From a virus (taxonomy: Duplodnaviria > Caudoviricetes), in the IMG/VR virus record IMGVR_UViG_3300012940_000104, positions 1 through 24,076 of that record: a DNA stretch of 24,076 bases, one strand, 5' to 3'. The notes beneath the pieces were generated by a model that was not told where the DNA came from, made no database searches, and saw only the letters and a program-made list of their open reading frames with translations. A program made the translations under genes and the position numbers. Shown here piece after piece: positions 23,959 to 24,076 of this stretch. Numbering within the stretch: the stretch's first letter is position 1; each line of letters begins with the position of its first letter.

Positions 23959-24032
23959 TGGAGGCGCAAGCCGGAATCGAACCGACGTACACGGATTTGC
24001 AATCCGCTGCATAACCACTCTGCCATTGCGCC
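23959..24032 (-). tRNA. tRNA-Cys (GCA), probable prophage attachment site
   Basis: Reverse complement GGCGCAATGGCAGAGTGGTTATGCAGCGGATTGCAAATCCGTGTACGTCGGTTCGATTCCGGCTTGCGCCTCCA: 74 nt, cloverleaf, GCA anticodon, U73, CCA end. Confidence 0.97.
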
Positions 24033-24057
24033 AGGGGCAAGTTCTGCCAAGCCCGCG

Positions 24058-24063
24058 ATTATA
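24058..24063 (-). promoter_or_regulatory. -10 element of the tRNA promoter
   Basis: Perfect TATAAT on the minus strand followed by a GC-rich discriminator (CGCGGGC), 25 nt upstream of the tRNA; the -35 lies outside the window. Confidence 0.7.
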
Positions 24064-24076
24064 CAGGAATTGGCGC

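Noticed and set aside
23959-24032. tRNA-Cys as phage cargo tRNA
   Set aside because: Opposite orientation to the late operon, with a stable-RNA-type promoter on the distal side; fits a host tRNA used as att site better, though not proven.

Overview
The window is the right-hand ~24 kb of a P22-like (podoviral, headful-packaging type) prophage in a GC-rich host, probably a betaproteobacterium (inference). Nearly all genes are on the + strand: a 5'-truncated Twinkle-type primase-helicase, RusA, two small nin-region genes, a putative Q antiterminator with a pR'/tR'-like promoter-terminator pair, an HTH-metallophosphoesterase, terS/terL, portal, scaffold, major capsid, head-completion and tail genes, four ejection-type proteins, a collar-domain tail fibre, an 879-aa tail-spike-like protein carrying a complete FAD-dependent oxidoreductase domain, a LamG-like protein, and a holin/SAR-endolysin/Rz/Rz1 lysis cassette. 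It ends at a minus-strand tRNA-Cys(GCA), the probable integration site. The most unusual items are the virion-anchored flavoenzyme plus lectin module (19208-22723) and an uncalled 47-aa antisense membrane protein (18259-18402) at the position of P22 sieA. All product calls come from motif recognition and synteny; no database searches were run.
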